From Magallana gigas (Eukaryota): a DNA stretch of 64,000 nucleotides. Where the stretch lies: assembly GCF_963853765.1 (NCBI RefSeq), contig NC_088860.1, forward strand, positions 34,906,001 through 34,970,000, read 5' to 3'. Positions 37,251 through 58,204 of the stretch are shown here, one piece after another; positions within the stretch are counted from its first letter, which is position 1, and every line of letters begins with the position of its first letter. The translations under genes and the position numbers were made by a program. Below the pieces are notes generated by a model. The model was not told where the DNA came from. It was given only the letters and a program-made list of their open reading frames with translations, and searched no databases.

Positions 37251-39933
37251 CCTTCAATGTTTCTTATCACTGTCTAAAATTAATTAAACTTAATTAATAT
37301 TAATAGGTTTTTAACATTTTTACCAATGTATAACTATTCTCACGGTATATATTCCTTGTGTTGAAGTATACCCGTATACTCTGACGCTATGATGAGTTCG
37401 CTCTGGAAAACCTTTACTTTAAAGTTTAAAAGTCTACAATAGATTTTTTTGTTAAGTTTTGATTTGATAAACTATATATGCACAGATCCAAACATACATA
37501 GCGTTACCAATCAAGGAATAAATTCTTATTTTTAAAAAGTGTGAGTCAGTGAGAAACCTTATATCCTCTTTAATCATTTACTTCTCATTCGCAAAGAATT
37601 ATGGGAATGTAAGCGTTTATTGGTTGATCCGGGATATACCTGGGTGCCCTTTAGCACGACCCACCACATTATGTGCAGATCATATGTTGCTGACAACAAA
37701 TACACGATCAAAAATTATTTTTATCAGTTCAGATAACCCCAACGCGAAATAGGAAATGCCACAAATCATTTCCTATGTCGTAAACCATGACCTGGTTTTA
37801 CTGAGAGGCAACACGGCATCTTAGTTCAAATGTTAAATTTAAAATTACAGATGTAGAATTTATAATATTAATCAAATCTGAAATTATGAATAATCTTTTT
37901 TTTTATTTTAATTTTAGTATACTTAATTCACACAAAAAGAAATATAAATTCTTCATACTTTAATGAGTAGATCCTTAATTCATCTAGCTATATTCATTTT
38001 TGTATTTAGAACGTACATATAGGTAATGAAGATATGATAATTCATCATAAAGCGTGCAATGAGGTTAAGATCTTTTTTTCATATTGGAGGCAAAGTTGAA
38101 AAATCTCTTAACAAACATACATGTACAAAAGGGTACAAGGGGCATTTATTAAAAAAAAAAACTAGTGGGTGAATTGCTTATATCTGTCAGTTGTCTTGAC
38201 ATACTAAAATACGAAAACCATGCGCATTCACACAAAAGAAATTGCAAAGATCTACTGAAAAACATAAAAAAAATCAATAGTTCATGTCTTAAAGTATATC
38301 ATCCTATTAGTAAATAAAATACACGCAATTAATTTGGTCGTCTAATTAGCTACTAGTAGTCCAAGTACTTCATTTTCACGCATAAAATGGAACAAAATTT
38401 AAATATAACATAATTCAGTGACAAAGCAGGTCATTTATCACTGAACAAAGGCTTTATAATATGCAGTACTTGAAGCAGCCCAAAGCTAAAGAAAGGCAAC
38501 CGGTATTATAAGAAATGCTTTAAAACGACACATGCAAAAAATGAAGGATTCGATCATGAATATCGACAAAATTTAGCAGCACACAATCAAATACCTACCA
38601 CCTGATTTGTTTGTAAACAAAATCTCCACTGTTAAAATCTGTATAGTTTTTATCTCTATATATCCCGAAACTGGCCCAGTAACCTCTAGCGATTGGTGGA
38701 GACCAAAAGACAGCGGGGCAGCGATGCTACGGGCCCATACCCCTGGTCTAATTATAGGGGGGACAGAAAAAATTAACAAATATCCATCAGATCACATCAT
38801 CTTCTAGGTCACTGCACCGTTTGTTTAATCGCTAGAAAAGAGAAAAGAGGGACTGGTGTGTTAAAAATAAATCGCGAATTACTTCTAATGAAATAGACAC
38901 AGTATGTACAACACCTCACGATGGTTTGAACAATGGAAACCGCGTGTAGCGACAGAGGGGCTAAGTAGTCATTGAATCATTTCATCGGAAGTTCTTATTG
39001 TGGTAAAGCTCAACTTATTTTTTTAAAGGATTTTTTTTGTAACAAGGTGCAAATTATACCTATATACTTTTTGATAAGGTATGAAAAGAGGCGTGTTTTG
39101 TTTATTGTGCAGTATGAAAGTGAAGTTTTTTTGTAAATTGGGGGTAGAGTTTGCTTTACAGACAGAAGTTAGATAGATAAGAGGGTCAATGATCGGAAAA
39201 CAGGTGCTCCGAGTGAATTGAAGAAACAAAATCCCCTGTGTCAAGCTCACTTACAGGAAATGTCTAGAGCTTTTGGTGATTCATGAAATGCACATCCATT
39301 TTTTTTCCCTTTTTTTATTTCCTATGCAGATCAAATTTGATTTTAAAAAAATTAAGAATTCATTCTGGGGTGGGGGTAGGGAGGGGGGGGGGGTAAGGTG
39401 AGTGGGCAGGGGTGGATTTGAAAATTTCTTTCTAGTTTACAAACATATAGAGTGTTACAGCATTCATTGAAGTAACTTTTGCTAATTCGGTCAGATTTTT
39501 TTTCACACAGTGAGAAATCACGTGCTTAACGAATTTCATATTTTCTGTCAGTTCTGACAGACTTCATATTTTATGATAAATTCTCCGACAATGATAATAG
39601 ACTTATCAGTCCCCGTAGTCTGTAGTATGTTTCTATATCATACATATAAACAACTGCTGGGAAAATATATTCGCGTTTTCAAAACTCACATCATAATCAG
39701 AGAGTTCTACCTACAGAAGATGACCTGACCTATGTGAACGCGTTTTTAATTTCCGCTAATAATTTATAATTTGTAATACATTTTTTTTTATTTTTGGTCT
39801 TGAAATTCTTATTGATGCTGCGTCAAAATATCGGTCGCGCATATTTATTTCCATCTTGAGTAGTAAATATAATTAAGTGGTTATTTACGTATTTGTATAG
39901 CCCATCAAAATTTTAAAATGTCCAAAGAGCAAC

Positions 39934-39936
<3 letters not shown>

Positions 39937-39996
<60 letters not shown>
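39937..39996. repeat. (CT)n microsatellite
   Basis: Read directly. Confidence 0.95.
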
Positions 39997-40000
<4 letters not shown>

Positions 40001-40377
40001 AAGCTAGACAAAATCATTGTTTTCGTTAAGAATAAACTGTCAATAACTTCAATTGAACACGACAAGTGGAAACACTGCAGTAAATAAATTGGTGATAAGG
40101 CTTTAGGAAATACACGATTCAATTCACCCTTGTCTTGGATTTTCGTTGTCAAGAAATACGTTTCTTTGTTCAAATGATAAACTCTCCCCACATATGAAAA
40201 AAGCATTACTTCTGAATTTTTTTTTCGGTTGCCAAAGTGACCTAGTTCAGAGTACGACGGAAAAAGACTTTTATTTAACATCATTATGTCATTTATAGAG
40301 ATAAATACTCTCCTCGTTTCCATTCCAGATTATAATCGACGAGATGTCATTTCTTCAAACGGGCCTTCAGGGGAATT

Positions 40378-40378
<1 letters not shown>

Positions 40379-40431
<53 letters not shown>
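40379..40431. repeat. (CT)n microsatellite
   Basis: Read directly. Confidence 0.95.
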
Positions 40432-40436
<5 letters not shown>

Positions 40437-42318
40437 AAACTTAAATGTATTTTTAATGCAAGCACGCCCACGTGTAATATAGACAAAAAGAGAAAACAAA
40501 TACGAACTTACCGATGAGGAATTTTGATGTGCCATATCTGCATGTAATGCTTTGATCTTTTTGTGGGTATAAAGAAAAAGGTTCCATTCGCATATATCTG
40601 CAGATTATTTTTATTTATGCCATTGCCCCACTGTAAATATGTAAGTAGCTCAGAACTATATATCCTGTAGATTTTATTAATGTAAATCGGTTTTCAAGTA
40701 TCAAAAGTGAAGTTGTCTTGAACAAAACAGGAAGTGTTGAATAAGGTAGCCCGGTCGAGGCTGGAGATCTGGGTGTGGTGGCCTTTTAGTACTTCCGCTT
40801 AGAGCAATGGTTGCATGCTGCCTTATTACAGAGCATCAGTTTTGATATGGATATATGCATCCAGACAATTTATTTGGTTAAAATCAATAATTAGCCTAGA
40901 TTTTTTATTGATTTTGATTGGGAAAATATTGAGGCTAAAATTTCCATGATCAGCTAAAAACAAACTTCATTGTCTATAAAACTAATGAAATCTTTTCTAC
41001 AACTTTGTCTTCAAAATTGAACCAAAAAAATGGCCACACTATTATTGTACAAGCATCCTTAAACATCCTTCCAATATCGAAAATATTCTGCTTCCAAAAA
41101 AAAACAAAAAAAAACAAAAAACAAAAAAAAAACCAAACAAACTTTGTTCAAAACAAAAAAAAAACAAAAAAAACAAACAAACTTTGTTCAAAACGTGATG
41201 GGATGGCGGGGGGGGGGGGGGGGGACGCCTTACCAAACCGGTTGCAATTCGTATGGTTTAACCATGCAAGTTGAATAAGAGCAGGAAATGTTATTCCTGC
41301 AATTGTAGTTTAGTCTTATTAATTTTGTTATTGATAATTTTGATAACTTTGATAACAATCCACTACAATAATTTACAATCTATACAAACATATTAAGTTT
41401 GAACCATGATCTACTGAACAATTAAGAATAAAACTTAATTACGACTAATCAACATGTTTTACGTTTCAAGAACTTTGATAAAATCTCAGAAAAAATTTGC
41501 ACGTCTTTTTTTAATTTCGATTTGCTTGAATGATAACTTAATTGTCTTTGCTCTGTTTTTATTGGTCAAATCGTAATAAAATAACAATGCAGATGCATCT
41601 CGAAAACAAGCTCATTTTCTTTTTTCCCGAACACAAACTCATTTTGATTTAGCAATATTTGCTTAGAAAAATATTTGTTAATCTTACTGAAGTTATGTAC
41701 ATATCTATTCACGGTTTATTTTGATATAATAAAAAGTTTCATTTGCTGCAAATTTTAAACAAACTTTAATTTTTGCATTGAATTATGGAACATTAAACAG
41801 TTAAAGACTCTTTTCTTTTTTTCAAATAAATATACGACTACATGAATATAGATGTATGCAGTATTTTTTTTTACACTTTGTAGGCTGACGCGTATGGTGA
41901 GGAGCAATTCATAATTTTTTTTTATGAAAAATCTAATTTACTTCATGTTGTATTAGATGCAATAAAATGCTTTTGATATCATTGATTTGTATAAACTGCC
42001 ACACTTGTTTGGACTGTTTATATTGTTTGGTGCGTCTTTTGAAAAGTAAGGAGAGCATTTGTATTGATCAAGAGATGCGACATATGGCTTATCTAACTCC
42101 GGCTGTTCATTGATTTATAATTTCATGCCACGTGAGAAATCTACAATAATTATATTTAAAAAACGAATAAGTAAATAAAAAGGGTATTTTATTTCTTCTA
42201 ATAGCAACAAACTTAAAATAGGATACTAGTCAACGCAAACTTACAATTGTAAAAATTGTAATTTACACAATTCGCCAGCTTTATTTAATCGGGATCGACA
42301 TTGGATACACAACAAAAG

Positions 42319-42328
42319 CGCCATCTTG
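42319..42328. promoter_or_regulatory. YY1-type motif in the FYTTD1-like promoter
   Basis: CGCCATCTTG (reverse CAAGATGGCG) lies about 90 bp upstream of the ATG, in a short CpG-richer stretch. Confidence 0.5.
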
Positions 42329-42418
42329 CGAGAGGTTAAAAACAAACTGAACGCGGTCCTCTCGCAATTTCACTCGTCGGAATAAACCTCTCTGAAAACA
42401 TTTGCTCCTTGAGTGAAA

Positions 42419-45400
42419 ATGGAAGCAGTAGAAAAAATAGATATGTCACTTGGTAAGGTTTGCTGTGTGAAATTTTAAACGTTTAAAAACTCAAATATGA
42501 GACAAGACGTTGCAGGTTCGTCGAGAGGGGTCGTCTTAAAGTTTTAAAACAGTTTGTTTTTTTCACGCCAAATTACAAGTTATTAGAAAATAAAGATGTC
42601 ACATATTTAATAATAAACAAGTGTATTGCCAGAAATTGCTGTAGATACTCGTGACTTTTTCAGATTTTCTTGCAAATTATGCAGCTGATATATCCTGACT
42701 ACACCATATTATAGTTGTCATATTATAGTTATCATCCCTGTCAATGGCTGATATTTCGGTTGTAATTTGATATAGGCCTTTTTGTTTGTTTTTTGATATG
42801 CTTTATGGTATTCATTCACTGCTCGTTATTTTATATATCCATTTGGCAAAACTCGGAAATATTGTCTCTAAGTTATAAAAATGTTCCAATAGAGTTTTTA
42901 TGGTTTTCAAGCATATACATGTAGACATTATAAAAAGTAAATTTTGAAATTTTTCAAAGGAGAGCGTTCTTATAGATATATTATTAATGGGAATGTTTTA
43001 AAGAATAACTTCATGAACCTGTCTGTTTCCTTGCTCTTTTGTCACTGGTCATCACTTGGCTTTTTCAGCAGTTCTCCTGTCGTATTTGTTTTGGGTTGCA
43101 GGTTGCACGCTTGACTTCTGCTGAAGACATTACATCAATCTAAGTTCTGCATCAAAAATTGTCTCTAGAATATTGTAAATTTAGTTTTTGAAATATTATC
43201 AGTCCATTTATTTTGAGAATTTGGTAAAACTATTCTCTACCTACAAACCTTTAAAGGCTAGCTGTTACTAGTGTATAACTTGTTTGTTGGGTTTTTTTTT
43301 CATGTTTCGTACAAATAAACAGGACTAGTCTTTAAAAATTCAACTGTCTGTCATAGTTTTAATTTACCAGAGTATTTTTTAAAAGTATGACTAATGTATG
43401 TTTTTTCTTATCTTTCTTTGATTGTATGTCATCACAATGATCACATCATCCTTTCTAAATGACTATGCTCCCATTATATGTGAAACCTTTCTATTAGTTT
43501 TGAAACTGGCCTTCTGAAGTGATGCATCACATAATAATAAACATTATTTCCTTCTAAAAAAAATTTTTTTCTACTGTAACTTGAGAAACCAATGCTCATG
43601 GAAAATTCACATAGCCCATTGTTTTCATAGAATATTTCATACTAATTAACATTTTGTGTCTAGATGTGCCCTTTTATCAGGAAATGTTTGGTTTTTCTTT
43701 ACAGATGACATTATCAAGCTAAATAAGAAACAAGGCAGGGGAGGATCGAACAGGGGAGGGAGGGGTGGAAACCGAGGAGGAAGAGGTCAAGGACAAAGAG
43801 GTCAGGGAAGGAGGGGTCAAGGTCAAAGAGGAGGAAGAGGACAAGGGCAAGGAGGTAGAGGAGGATTTTCCAACAGAGGAGGAGCAAGAAGGGGAAATGT
43901 CAACAGAGGAGGCACAGGGAGAGGGAGAGGACAGGGGTCAGGAAGAGGAGGTGGGGGCATGAGGGGGTCCCGTGGAGGAAACTCAGTAGTTGATAGAGTC
44001 AAAGGAAAGGGTCCAAACAAGTACAAACAGCTGAGGACCAACCTCATGAGGAAGAAACAGTCCCGGGGAGGAATAGGAGTTAGTCCCCTAAACAGAGTCA
44101 ATTCTAACCAGGTATATTGTGGGTTGTGATTGTATTCATGTCTTTTTATGGAAAGAACTGAATTGTTTTATTTTTTTTTAACCTTTACCAAATTCTACAA
44201 AACAATCTAAATTCAAACAAGATTGTGAAAATTACGAATAGGATTTATGTCGACAAAAACTGTTATATAATGTATTTGGTACTTAGAAATTATAGAATTA
44301 ATTTGGGGAACATTTTTTGTTTTACAGAACAGAGGTGCTTCAAATCTTGGACAGAACAGAGGAGCTTCAAATTTGGGACAGATAAAATCCCAGGCATTAA
44401 GTGCTCTTAGACAGGCTAAGCTTACTCTAGCCAAAATCTCTGCTCGAGAAAAAAGAGATAACATTGTTAACCAGAGGAGAGGTATTCAGGTAAGATGAAG
44501 TAAAATATAGTTCAGTTTAAAAGTGAGGTTGTGTGACTATCTGAAAAAAAGGACGTAGCTCTCACCTGAAATTGTTAGATTTTTTTTTTTTGGTGAAATT
44601 AAATAACTTGTAAACTGGCAATGAGGATCAAAATTTTTTAGAAAAGATAAAACAAGTAAAAAATTGGTAGTTTCAAAATATCTATTGCAAAGATCTTGTA
44701 ATTCTAATAGCTAATACCCTGTATTTGTTTCCGCTAAATTTATCTATATCGTACTTTCAGATGGATAGCCAGAATCCCAGAAGAGGACGAGGAGGAGGCA
44801 GAGGGGGGCGTGGCCGGGGAATGGGTAGAGGCGGGGGCCAGGGTGGAGGGGGTAACAGACAGCGCGGGGGTAATCTACAAGGTGGCAGACGGGGGTGGAG
44901 GCAGCCCAGACAGCAGTCCTCAGTGGACAACAGCGGCATCATCACAGTCAGTGTGGAGAACTCACGGCAGCAAACCAATAACTCACGGCAGCAAAATAGG
45001 TGAATTGAATTGAATGTACATTATATTTCATTGACATTTGGTGGGAGAATTACACTGGAGTTCTGTGGCTTTGATTGTTCTCTCCTAAGATAAAATCCAA
45101 AAGAAGTGTTCAAATGCAAATGTAAACAGGTAGTTAAAAATACTGGCTTGTTTTTTTTGTGTGTGTGTTATTGATACCTTCAGTAGCAGTACATGTACCA
45201 TAATGCCTTTTCTTAGTTTTATTTTTCGTTTTCCTTTCAGGCCCAGAATTAACAGAAACAACCTTGGTGCACAAAATGTCAGAGAAGAAATGCTTGTAAG
45301 TTATTTGTAATTAAATATATTAGTGTTTGGATTCTGTGATATTAATTAAGGCAGTTGCAACATATTTCTTAGTAAAAATGACAGTTACCGGTACATGTTA

Positions 45401-46478
45401 CACATACTTTGGAATCATTAGAATTCATGGTGGCTCAATTTTTGTGGTATTCATGAGGAAGCCCTCCCTCATGAATTTACATCCTCGTCAAAAACTAATT
45501 TTGAAAGGTTAATTTTCTTATTGAAACTGAAAACTGACGTATCCAGGAATTAACATCCCTTCATATAAGCAAAAAAACCACAATCCACGAAAATTGGTCC
45601 CCATGAATTTAAATGTCTCCACAGTACTATACATATATAGTGTTAAAGATAGAATAGGAATGGTGGCAAATGATTTCATCGGAAACTGGGTAGCGAAATT
45701 CATCCACAAATAACTTAATTATTTAATGACTTAATCTATTTTAAAAAATGCTTGATTATAGTTTTCTATTTTTGTCAGAACCTAAAACCTTCAGCAAGAC
45801 AGAGGTACAGGATGAACAAAGAAATATTTTCCAGAAATACAGTAAGACAATATAATTCAAGTACGCTACAAAACAATGCAAAATACAGTGATTGAAATTA
45901 TACTATTTCATAATTGAACCATGGGGTAATAATATACAATTATTGCTGTTTTTTTGAGGTCAATATGATGATTTAGGTACCTGAGAAATACAAGAGCCTT
46001 CAGCTTGGTGAATATTGTACTTCGAGGGTAGCTAAATCATCGTATTGATCGAAAAAAACTGCAAAAATTGTTTTATATGATTTAGCGACAAATTGATACA
46101 GACACATCAAATTAAGTGTTATCAAGCAAATATTTTAGTTTGAAACTGACTTGAACATATAGAGAAATGTGGTATTTTATTTGACAATCTAGTTTTCGTC
46201 TAGTGTAGAGAAAATCAAATGTTTTATTGACCTCCTAGGTCAGGTGCTGGTGAATAAAACGTTTGATTTTTTTCTAGATTGTTTGATATCAGCCAGTCAA
46301 AATGCTAGGAATTAATCAATCTCATTATAATGTCTTTTGGCATGGAATTTAAAGTTTCATACATGGTCTTGTTTTGTAGACTGATATTAGTCTCAGCGAC
46401 CGCTTTGCCTCAGAATTCAGTGCAGAATCCAGTGCAGAATCCAGTGGAGTCGGAGATGGAAGAAGAATTTTCCTCTAG
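42419..46478 (+). CDS. FYTTD1: UAP56-interacting factor / FYTTD1-like mRNA export adaptor with RGG regions, about 352 aa
   Basis: Seven exons: 42419-42452, 43705-44111, 44328-44489, 44761-44999, 45241-45295, 45779-45841 and 46380-46478 (1059 nt, in frame). The N-terminus KIDMSLDDIIKLNKK is the UAP56-binding motif shared by ALYREF and FYTTD1. No RRM is present, which argues against ALYREF. The C-terminal TDISLSDRF...GRRIFL resembles the FYTTD1 C-terminal TGMTLNERF motif (from recall). Confidence 0.75.
45405..45626. mobile_element. TA-flanked MITE in FYTTD1-like intron 5
   Basis: Homologous to 24450-24680 (GGAATCATTAGA...GGTGGCTCAATTTT...CCACGAAAATTGG...ACAGTA). Confidence 0.75.
45931..46277 (-). 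mobile_element. Two tandem hairpin-type elements in intron 6 of the FYTTD1-like gene
   Basis: An imperfect palindrome at 45931-46078 (CAATTATTGCTGTTTTTTTGAGGTCAATATGATGATTTAGGTACC vs GGTAGCTAAATCATCGTATTGATCGAAAAAAACTGCAAAAATTG). A second palindrome at 46206-46277. Confidence 0.65.
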
Positions 46479-48286
46479 ATAAGCAGTGTTCGTGTAGATA
46501 GCCAGTAGGCTGAATATCAAACAACATCTCATGTACCTTCTGTTTACAAGTGGGTCTGTCAGTAATGCAATATTGCAATAAGACAAGTGGTGATAACTCA
46601 CCTTGTGACAAGGTGCTTTATAAACAACTCCTGTCATTTAGTTGAAGGTTGTTTTTTCTCATGCTTCACTTATAATACATGGATCTTTAATTTTAATTTT
46701 TTTTTTAAAAATATTTTTGAGTCATGACACACATTAATTCATTTTTAAAATAAACACCATTTATCCATTACAAGTCACTGCTATTTAATATGACACTATT
46801 GAACTTAAGTAAAATTGTGATAATATTATTATTATGCCTATGGTTATTTTAAAATATCAGTTTAAAAATGATGCAGCTAATGGGAATTTTTATTTGTGTG
46901 ATTGTCTTAATTGCACACTTGTGCTGTGTGTGTTTAAGCTTTGTCAAAGTTCAAAAGGTGATTGTATCATTTTCACTTTGTGTTTATATGTGTGTCACTG
47001 TACATAGAAATATTATCTGTTTTTGTTTTATAATCGACAATTCATGAATTTTTATTTTAAAAATCTTGAAAGCTCAAGAATTCAATTCAGTTTTAGTGTC
47101 AGTAACTACAAATTATAAGGATTTAAGAGGATAAACTCTGTTTTATTAGTAGATTGACTAGAGCTTTAATCTTACACAAGTCCTTAGTTAATTTTATTTG
47201 TTTGGTTTCTGTTTTTATTAATAAAGCCATGTACAGATACATGTGAGTCGTAACACCTTGTATTTTTTTCTTTATTATATATTTGTTTTATTCTATGTTT
47301 TTATATTTTATTCTGTTAAAAAAAGTTACATGGATGCTTGAAAAAAAATGTGTGCCTTTACATATCTATGTCTCAAACATTGTGAGATATGTCACATTTT
47401 TTAGTTACTTAACTTGTTTATCAAAATATGGAAAAAACATCTTTGAATTAACACTGACTGGTTTTAATTTTCAAGTTAAAAGATTCCTACAGAAATGTTC
47501 ATGTATTTGAGGAGAAAAAGGTCACAAGGAACAAAAACTTCAATAAACCAACTTTAATTCGTGTGAGAGAGAGAAAGGTTTGCGAGAGCCTCATTGGGAA
47601 TATTACTTGGTGTTTTTAAAGTCAGCATTTAAACTACGATTAATTCAAATGTAGATTGAATGGTGAAAGTTGATTTCTTTATTATTTTGAACAGAATCCA
47701 ATAGTTTTATGTTTAGTTGTGACATTTGAAATGATATATGTACATGTATGTAGTTTGGATGGCTTGTGGAAATATATTTGTAGAGTTCGGTATTAACTAA
47801 AGGGTGTTTTTATTTTGTGAAGAGAAAGTGATTTTTTTTTTTTAAATCTTTAAGAATCTGAGGGTATGTATGTGAAGTATGTTTTGTTGAATTGTTCATT
47901 AACAGGGGACAATTCAAGTAAGTGACCCCAGTTACTGATTTCATTTGTCCTCCCATAATACATTTTGTTTAAGTACATGTATATCAACTTAAAACATACT
48001 TTTTATATAAATTGTTTAAAAAATTAAATCGATTGAAGTTCGTTAATAAAATGAAATTATTTAAATGCAAATGAAATTGTTTTTTTTTATAATGAGCCAC
48101 TGTGAACACATTCAAAATACTTTTCTATGTTTGGCCATGTATACACATGGGTATGAGTACCAGTATATAGTGTCAATTATGATAATCAGCTCTCATTCTG
48201 TCCGGCAGGCTTAAGACGGCTGGATGGTCAACAAAATAACCATCACATATACCGAAAACTTTAACATGATTTGTTTATCTATAAAC

Positions 48287-48503
48287 TACTGTAAATTCCT
48301 TATATTATGCGAGTACTTATTTCCGGGATCCCACTGTTTTGTTTCAAATTGCGAGAGTATAAAATCGCGAACATGGAACTTCTCTCCTTATCATAATTTT
48401 CAACTCTCAGAAAATAATGGCGAAATTTTTAAATCCGCGAAGAATGCTTCTCGCGATTTTATGCGGATATTAATTCCTCGCGTTTAATTAGGAATCTACA
48501 GTA
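48287..48503. mobile_element. TA-flanked MITE
   Basis: TACTGTAAATTCCT...AGGAATCTACAGTA termini. Confidence 0.7.
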
Positions 48504-50741
48504 ATGTTTCGTAAAGAAAAAATCCATATATTTTACCTTTTAAATTTATGTATGTTCCTATAATTGATATACATGTTTTACATAAAAACTAAATCCCCCA
48601 AACTTACAAATACTTAAAAATGGAAAGAAATAACAAATGTCCCATATTGTAATATGTGTTTGAACAAGTGGACTATTTGAAATTTGGATGCCATAATAAA
48701 AATAAGATTATGAGTGAAGCATACATGTAGGATAGCTGCATGCAATACTTAAAATTATATATACATCATTACGTGTTACTTGTGTTTTGCCCTAAAACAT
48801 TAACAGAAACTTGTTGAGGAATAGTTTCAAGTTGATGAAGATAAAAGAATGTGTAGGTCATCTGAGGAACTTGAATATACCAGTCTAAAAAAAAAAGGTT
48901 TTGATTGGTAGATGTACCAATGGTTAAAGAGGATTCCATTTAGCATCTGCATGGAGTAAAGTCTTCATATGCAATCAAATATATTGCCACTGCCATGATT
49001 GCAAGAATACATATAAGTACATTATACTTACTCATATTTGTTATTTCAAGATTTCCCCAAAAAATTGAAAAAAAAATCAATGTTAACATATTTAACCCTC
49101 AAAAGTCCTAAATATCTTGCAAGAAACTCTTTCCAGTTTGAGATGGAGGTTTAACTGTTCAGTATAATACCGGTGCTATACATGTAGTTCGCTTTGAAAC
49201 CTGGGTTTTTTTAATCCTTGCTATTACATATGATACTTGTACATTGTGGTACTACACCTCTCTTCTCCTTTTGCTTATATACATATACATACCGGTACAT
49301 GTACCTTTAGATGGCCTCATATTCACTGCTGCTAACACAAAATATGCCATGGCCTTCTAAAAATTAAACTTAAAAACATTTGAATTTTCGATCCATGGTT
49401 TAATTAACTTGAAAAAATGATCCCTTTACTAGTGGTGAATAGTACACAAAACACAACAAAGCAATATTATGCTAGAAAAAAATTTATTCACAAGTCAGCT
49501 TGAATTTGTGTGTACACATCAACAGAACGGCTAGGAACATAACCTCCCAAATAACCTTGTGAGGAATTTCTTGTAATTAGCGACTTGCATTCAGAGATAG
49601 TGTACACATATTGAAAAACAAAATACAAAAAATGATTTGTTGGTGAATCATTGGAAAAGTTGTACCACAAAAAATAAGAACAGTTACACAGTTAGGTGCT
49701 CTATATTACAATTTGCATTGCTGGGCATTGCATATACTGAACAGAGTCTGTTGACAGAAGGACTTGCACACACAGGTCTTATACAGGAGATTCATTCATA
49801 AACTATTAAATAAAACCAAGATTAAACATTTTCCAATGTTTTTCCAACATACATGTATGATGAATTTATAAATACACCTAGAATGGCAAGCAATGTGTTT
49901 CAGCTACATAACGGTATAAGATAAATAACCCAAATTTTAATCAATTTTCTTTTAACTGGATCTTTTGATGATAGTGGGCTACAATGATGAAATATTAATT
50001 TGCCTACATTTATCTGGTATGTATTTATATTTTCAATTGACAACTGCTAACTATGTACATATCCACTGCACCGAAGTACCAGGAAAAAGTTTACCATCAA
50101 AATCATTTTTTTTTGTTGAAAAACATAATGAAATTAACATATATAGGTTCCTATGTACACTGAAACTAAGAAAGAACAAAATATCTCATTTGTCTCCAGC
50201 AAATGATATAATTCTTATCACAGATGAACTTTATGATCCATTTGTACATCATGTTCCAACAAGTCAAGGATTACAAAGCCTCAAACAAGCCATTTAGTCA
50301 ATTAAACATGATTAAAAGAAACCGAAAATTATTATCTGAGGTAATATGTATCAATCACAACTTCTCTCATGAATTCAAGGATGATGTAAAATGGGTGCTG
50401 TACAGTGAACATTGTTACAGAACATTAGGAAGATTGGTTCTTAAGCTGACAATTACCCAGGTACATGTACTTGTAACCCCTCAAAAAAAACCCCCACTGG
50501 AATTGATCGAGTGTTCATGCTTTTAAGAGTAAAACATGTAGAACATAACTTTGTACAAAATTTTGGTATATGTATATTTTTCTTTCTTCTTGGTTTTACT
50601 ATCACATACAAATAATTGTAAACAAATGAAAACAAAAATGATATATCATCACAGCAAGAACGTTTCTTTGTTTTTGTTGAAGTACAGTGTAATATAAACT
50701 TTTATGACTGATTTGTTCTAATTGTCCTCCAATGCCCTCCC

Positions 50742-57863
<7,122 letters not shown>

Positions 57864-58204
57864 TTTTCTCTCAAATCACACTCTGCGTTTCAGCAGTCCA
57901 GGTTCACCAAAACTGTGTTTACGAAAGAGGTCGTTTGACATCCGGTTTATACAACAATGGATGCGCATGCGCTAAAGTTTATTCAATAATCTTTTTTCTC
58001 GTTCGATTTTATTTCTTAGGACATATTTTTAGTAAATGCAAGCTAGGTATAAGCTTATCTCACTCAGTACTCTCTGCTCCGCCAATATTGAGAATTTAAC
58101 ATCCTTTCCATTTACATCGGGTTCAGAAAGCATTCGGATTAACTTTCTTTGCTTTCCCTTATGAAAGAGGAAAATAACCGAGGATATTCCGAATGACCTA
58201 AAAA
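57864..58204. promoter_or_regulatory. Bidirectional promoter region shared by ACADVL and MED11, with NRF1-like and ETS-like sites
   Basis: The divergent ATGs are 341 bp apart. TGCGCATGCGCT at 57962-57973 matches the NRF1 consensus YGCGCAYGCGCR at 11/12. ACCGGATGT on the minus strand (about 57938-57946) is ETS-like. Confidence 0.7.

Noticed and set aside
39913-40535. Minus-strand ORFs with ERERER tracts
   Set aside because: The ORFs are extended by (CT)n microsatellites and show no protein-like signal.
43765-45013. Pro-rich antisense and Glu-rich alternative-frame ORFs
   Set aside because: They are frame and strand shadows of the G/A-rich RGG exons.
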